Made by a program: the position numbers and the translations under genes
In this document: positions 61,098 to 64,000 of the stretch, one piece after another
Layout: each line of letters starts with the position of its first letter
Position numbering within the stretch: position 1 is the stretch's first letter
The notes under the pieces: model-generated
Database searches by the model: none
What the model was told of the DNA's origin: nothing
Seen by the model: the letters and a program-made list of their open reading frames with translations, nothing else
Source: Nemertoderma westbladi
Lineage: Eukaryota > Animalia > Xenacoelomorpha
DNA: 64,000 nucleotides
Reading direction: 5' to 3'
Assembly: GCA_032718475.1 (NCBI GenBank)
Contig: JAUCBJ010008780.1
Location: forward strand, 1 to 64,000

Positions 61098-62254
61098 TGT
61101 CCTGTGTTCTGTACTACCCCCAAAGTTATTTAGTTTATTTTATTTTATTTTACCTATGTTACCCCTGTCTGTGCTATTATCCTATCTACCTTTCTACTTC
61201 CTTCTTACTATGTACCCTACTACTACTATGGTATGCCTACATACCCTTTACTTTCTTACTACATGGCGCTCTCGGTGCCCAAAACTTCTAACTTCTATGG
61301 TACTATGTACCCTAATACTGCTACTACATACATAATGCTACTACCTAATACCAACATACCACACCATTCACTCTCTCACTACGTGGCGCTTTCGGTGCCC
61401 ACAACCCCTCTGCTACTACCTCTATGGTATACCTACATACCATACCCTCTACTCTCTTACTACGTGGCGCTTTCGGTGCCCACAATCCCTAACTCTCTCG
61501 GTACTATGTACCCTACTACTACTCTCGTGGTATGTCTATGTACCACACTCCCTAATCTCTAACTTAACTCTCCTCTTACTCTCACTAATTTCTAACTCTT
61601 CTCTTACTCTTACTAACTTCTACTAACTTTCTAACTTCTTACTCTTACGGTACTATGTACCTCGCTACTCTCGTGGTATGTCAATATACCACACTCCCTA
61701 ACTTCTAACTACTTACCGAGTGCTACGTATTATCTACTACTATTATGTTCTACTTTCTCACTACTTATTTTATTATTATTTATTTTATATTTTTATATTT
61801 GTGTGGGAAGGGCGTCTCGCCCTCATTTCCACCCACCTCAGTCCAACATATTGGACGACTAAACATTAAGGCGATTCTTCCAGTAGGCACTCTCCCACAG
61901 CCCCCCTGTAGGTCCTCTTATCCTTCGCCACACTCTCCTTGTCAATTCCAACTCTCTAGGAATTGATCCTCCCTCCTCCACCACCCTAAAATCGGGTCTT
62001 TCGGTCGCCTTCTTGATTTCCTCATGGTCCCCTGGCAGCAAAATGCCACCCTTCATTTTGTCGTCACCTGGCGGTAGAATGAAAGGAAATCGAAAGAATA
62101 GATAGAACAGAATTGATAATACTAATCCTATCCCTTTCTACCTGTCTTCTTACTTGACCTCCCCCTTTTCGGTATGCCTCTCAACCGGACCAGCGTCTCC
62201 TCCAGACACTTATCCGGACATCTCACCGTCCACTCTTCTCCATCCTCATTGTTT

Positions 62255-63521
62255 CTAAGTCTTCTGCATCGATTCCATTCTCCTCCACCCACTCCTCCAT
62301 CCCGTCCTCATCTCCAGGACCTCATCCTTACTCGAGATAGTAGTTTCCACCATCCTACTCGGCCTCGTCTGTAACCCTATCTCCTCGGCCACCCAGTTCT
62401 CCACCAGAGTGAAGGCTGCTCCGCTGTCGACCAGCATCAATGTTGTGACTGATCGGCTGCCCTTTCCTGTTATTCTCACTGGTACTACCCCGAGTAGTAC
62501 TTTCCTATTTCTTCTTGCTCCCGTGGTGCTCGAAGCCATAGTTTGGCCTCCAGTCTCATCATATCCTATCGGTGTTTTTTCACACTCTCCGATTCTGTGT
62601 CCTTCCACCACGCAGCGATGACATAGTCCATTTGTTTCTGCATAGGCTACCCGATCTTGTTTAGGCGACGCTTGCCAATGCTTACAACTCATGGTCTTAT
62701 GGGTTCCATCCCTATGCAATTGACATTTGTATCCTGGATTGTAGCGTTCCTTGTATAGTCCTTCACATATTGCGCGTAGATTCATATCTACCGGTTTAGT
62801 GTTTTGATATTTGGACTTGGCCTACTGGGTATGTTGGTGTATTTTGTTTCTGTCCCTGCCACGGTGTGGCCCTACTCCCAGCTAACTGTGGACTAGCAGT
62901 CCCCTGCGTGGCCGCATGTGGTAGCGTCTGTCTCATTCTTGGGAATGGATCCGCCAGACTGTGAATGGGTTTAGGCCTGTTGTATTCAGCTTTTGGTGCC
63001 TTCCCCAAACTATCCTCACTGTAGACTGGGTCTGTAATCAACTCTGCCTCATAATTGAGGAAGTTCGACATTTCCTCTAGGCCCGGTTCCGCACCTTTCT
63101 TCTCCCGGGTGGAGAAGGCGAACTTCCTCCATTTGTTTCTTAGCCAGATTGGCAGTGCCTGCGCTATCATGGTGATGTTATTTGAAGCGTTGAGTTCGTA
63201 TGGCGCATCCAAGGTCTTTAGCACAATTAATGCCTTCTCAACCTTATTCGCAAAAGTCTTTATACTGACAGGGTTGTTCTGTAGGCCACCCAATGTTATC
63301 CCCCTCAAGGTCTGCCGGATGATTTTGGCAGGGTGTCCGTATTCCCTGTCCAGGGCCCGCCATGCAGTCGTGAATCCGCCCTCGATACCTTGATACTGCC
63401 TTATGATGTCGTAGACTGGGCCCCCTATGTAAACTTGTAAATATTTTAGGCACTCCACCTGCGTCAGATCGAATTTAAATGGCACCTCTGGCCTCGATCC
63501 TAGTCTTAAGTGCATCGACAA
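62255..63521 (-). pseudogene. E4 gag and aspartic protease, frameshifted
   Basis: LKYLQVYIGG...AWRALDREYGHP, CHRCVVEGHRIGEC, LMLVDSGA. Confidence 0.8.
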
Positions 63522-64000
63522 TTGCCATTCCCATCGCCTGTGCTTCCAATGGGTTCAACGGATGCTGTACAGACTCTCCTGTTGGGTGCGGTTCACCTGT
63601 CGGGCCTGTCGATTTTTTCTGTGTCGGATATATCATTGGGGGTAATGGCCCCCTCCATATCTCTGCATCGCACGATCTATTCTGGTCCAAGGGGTTCGGT
63701 GTTTATATTCTCGGCTGAGTGTATTGCTGATATTGTAATGGGGGAATGTCACCCTGCCCCCCCCCCCCCACCGGTGTTATGTTTGGTACTGGGATTGATG
63801 TTAATATATTGGGGCCCACACACATATTGGCAATAACTCCCCCCTCCCCTGGGTATATGTTATATCCCTGCATATTATAGTCATACTGGTGTGCAGGTAC
63901 CGGTGTAGGCCTATCCACTTCTTGCCTACCTACCAGTATGTACGCCGCAACTTCCGGATCTAATCCCGTTGTTCGCGCTACCCTATCGCCTACACTATCT

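Larger units (their letters stand above)
59700..64000 (-). mobile_element. BEL/Pao derivative E4 (internally deleted, extends beyond the window)
   Basis: Gag 62796-63521 (DUF1759-like), knuckle plus protease LVDSGA 62255-62785, integrase-tail-like RTYRGAVGECLLEESP* near 61870-61920, then an extra ORF; LTR boundary uncertain. Confidence 0.75.

Overview
This is an AT-rich animal (probably invertebrate) genomic window made almost entirely of nested mobile elements. A Sola1-like DNA transposon (7546-31781, 29-bp TIRs, ATTC TSD) hosts a full-length BEL/Pao LTR retrotransposon (E1, 11059-26196, +, TSD AAGTC) and several MITEs and minisatellites. A related BEL/Pao element (E2, 32677-46821, -, TSD CTAAT) is inserted into the gag of an older BEL/Pao element (E3). 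Also present are an RTE-type LINE 5' end interrupted by a 4.6-kb Polinton/Maverick-like derivative, a fourth BEL/Pao derivative (E4), a Penelope 3' end with a minimal hammerhead ribozyme, tRNA-derived SINEs and an intronless secreted Ig-domain ORF. Two results stand out. (1) E1 and E2 have no tRNA-type primer-binding site; the 11 nt after the 5' LTR are exactly complementary to an 11-mer inside their own LTR, with three compensatory base-pair changes between the two elements, suggesting self-priming in a BEL/Pao lineage. These elements also carry a non-env 3' ORF with DEDDy-exonuclease-like motifs and CCHC knuckles. (2) The Polinton-like element carries an intact, intronless GTSF1/Asterix-like piRNA-cofactor gene next to tRNA-like Pol III units. 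All calls come from reading the sequence by eye; no searches were run.
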